IMG/VR virus record: IMGVR_UViG_3300017779_000001
Strand: one strand, 5' to 3'
Length of the DNA stretch: 64,000 nt
Source of the DNA: a virus
Shown here piece by piece: positions 63,842-64,000 of this stretch. Under the pieces are notes generated by a model. That model had not been told where the DNA came from. It saw nothing but the letters and a program-made list of their open reading frames with translations, and searched no databases. The translations under genes were made by a program, and so were the position numbers. The stretch's first letter is position 1, and each line of letters starts with the position of its first letter.

Positions 63842-64000
63842 ATGGCAGTAGAATTACTATTCCCAAACTATGTTTTTCATAGACAACTAACCGCTGAAAA
63901 CTTACACGACAGACAGGGTGTATCTTTTGACTATCTACAGTCGTTGAAAGATGAAATGGATGGAATGAGAGCTAGAGATGAAGGTAGGTCGGTATCTAAC
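63842..64000 (+). CDS. Partial gene, likely TIGR02466-type 2OG-Fe(II) oxygenase (runs off window)
   Basis: GAGGA SD; MAVELLFP...GRSVSN N-terminal pattern. Confidence 0.5.
   Translation, partial: MAVELLFPNYVFHRQLTAENLHDRQGVSFDYLQSLKDEMDGMRARDEGRSVSN

Noticed and set aside
1-64000. Introns, inteins, homing endonucleases, IS elements or stop-codon reassignment
   Set aside because: Core genes are uninterrupted and densely packed under the standard code, with all three stop codons used; no GIY-YIG, HNH, LAGLIDADG or transposase motifs were noticed.

Overview
A 64-kb, AT-rich segment of a T4-like (Tevenvirinae/Kyanoviridae-type) myophage, probably marine. No cyanophage photosynthesis genes are in the window, so the host is undetermined. 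Region 1-17.4 kb holds accessory and replication genes: sulfotransferase, RNase H, radical SAM/SPASM, FkbM methyltransferase, SDR-like protein, glutaredoxin, early-promoter cassettes, SleB-like hydrolase, DenV-like glycosylase, exonuclease, gp33, gp59, gp32 and a phage ribosomal protein bS21 behind a structured 200-nt leader. Region 17.4-22.9 kb (minus strand) carries the tape-measure/gp29-like gene, gp51, gp26, gp54-like, gp2 and gp4. Region 23-60 kb carries baseplate genes (gp48, 53, 27-like, 5, 25, 6, 7, 8, DUF4815-like) and a large modular fibre locus. Region 60-64 kb has a glycosyltransferase and 2OG-Fe(II) oxygenases. The main finding is two paralogous fibre-tip proteins (46640-48880 and 56074-60222). 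In each, the N- and C-terminal Q/R/Y/H repeat arms are exact mirror complements around a shared central domain (13/13 and 33/33 units). They follow a strict pairing code: lengths match and each pair has exactly one His-bearing unit. This suggests a 'protein palindrome' hairpin needle. Other observations are a plug-and-socket fibre assembly grammar, many apparently leaderless mRNAs, structured leaders, and a context-dependent restriction-site avoidance pattern. All family assignments come from motif recognition by eye, and no database searches were run.
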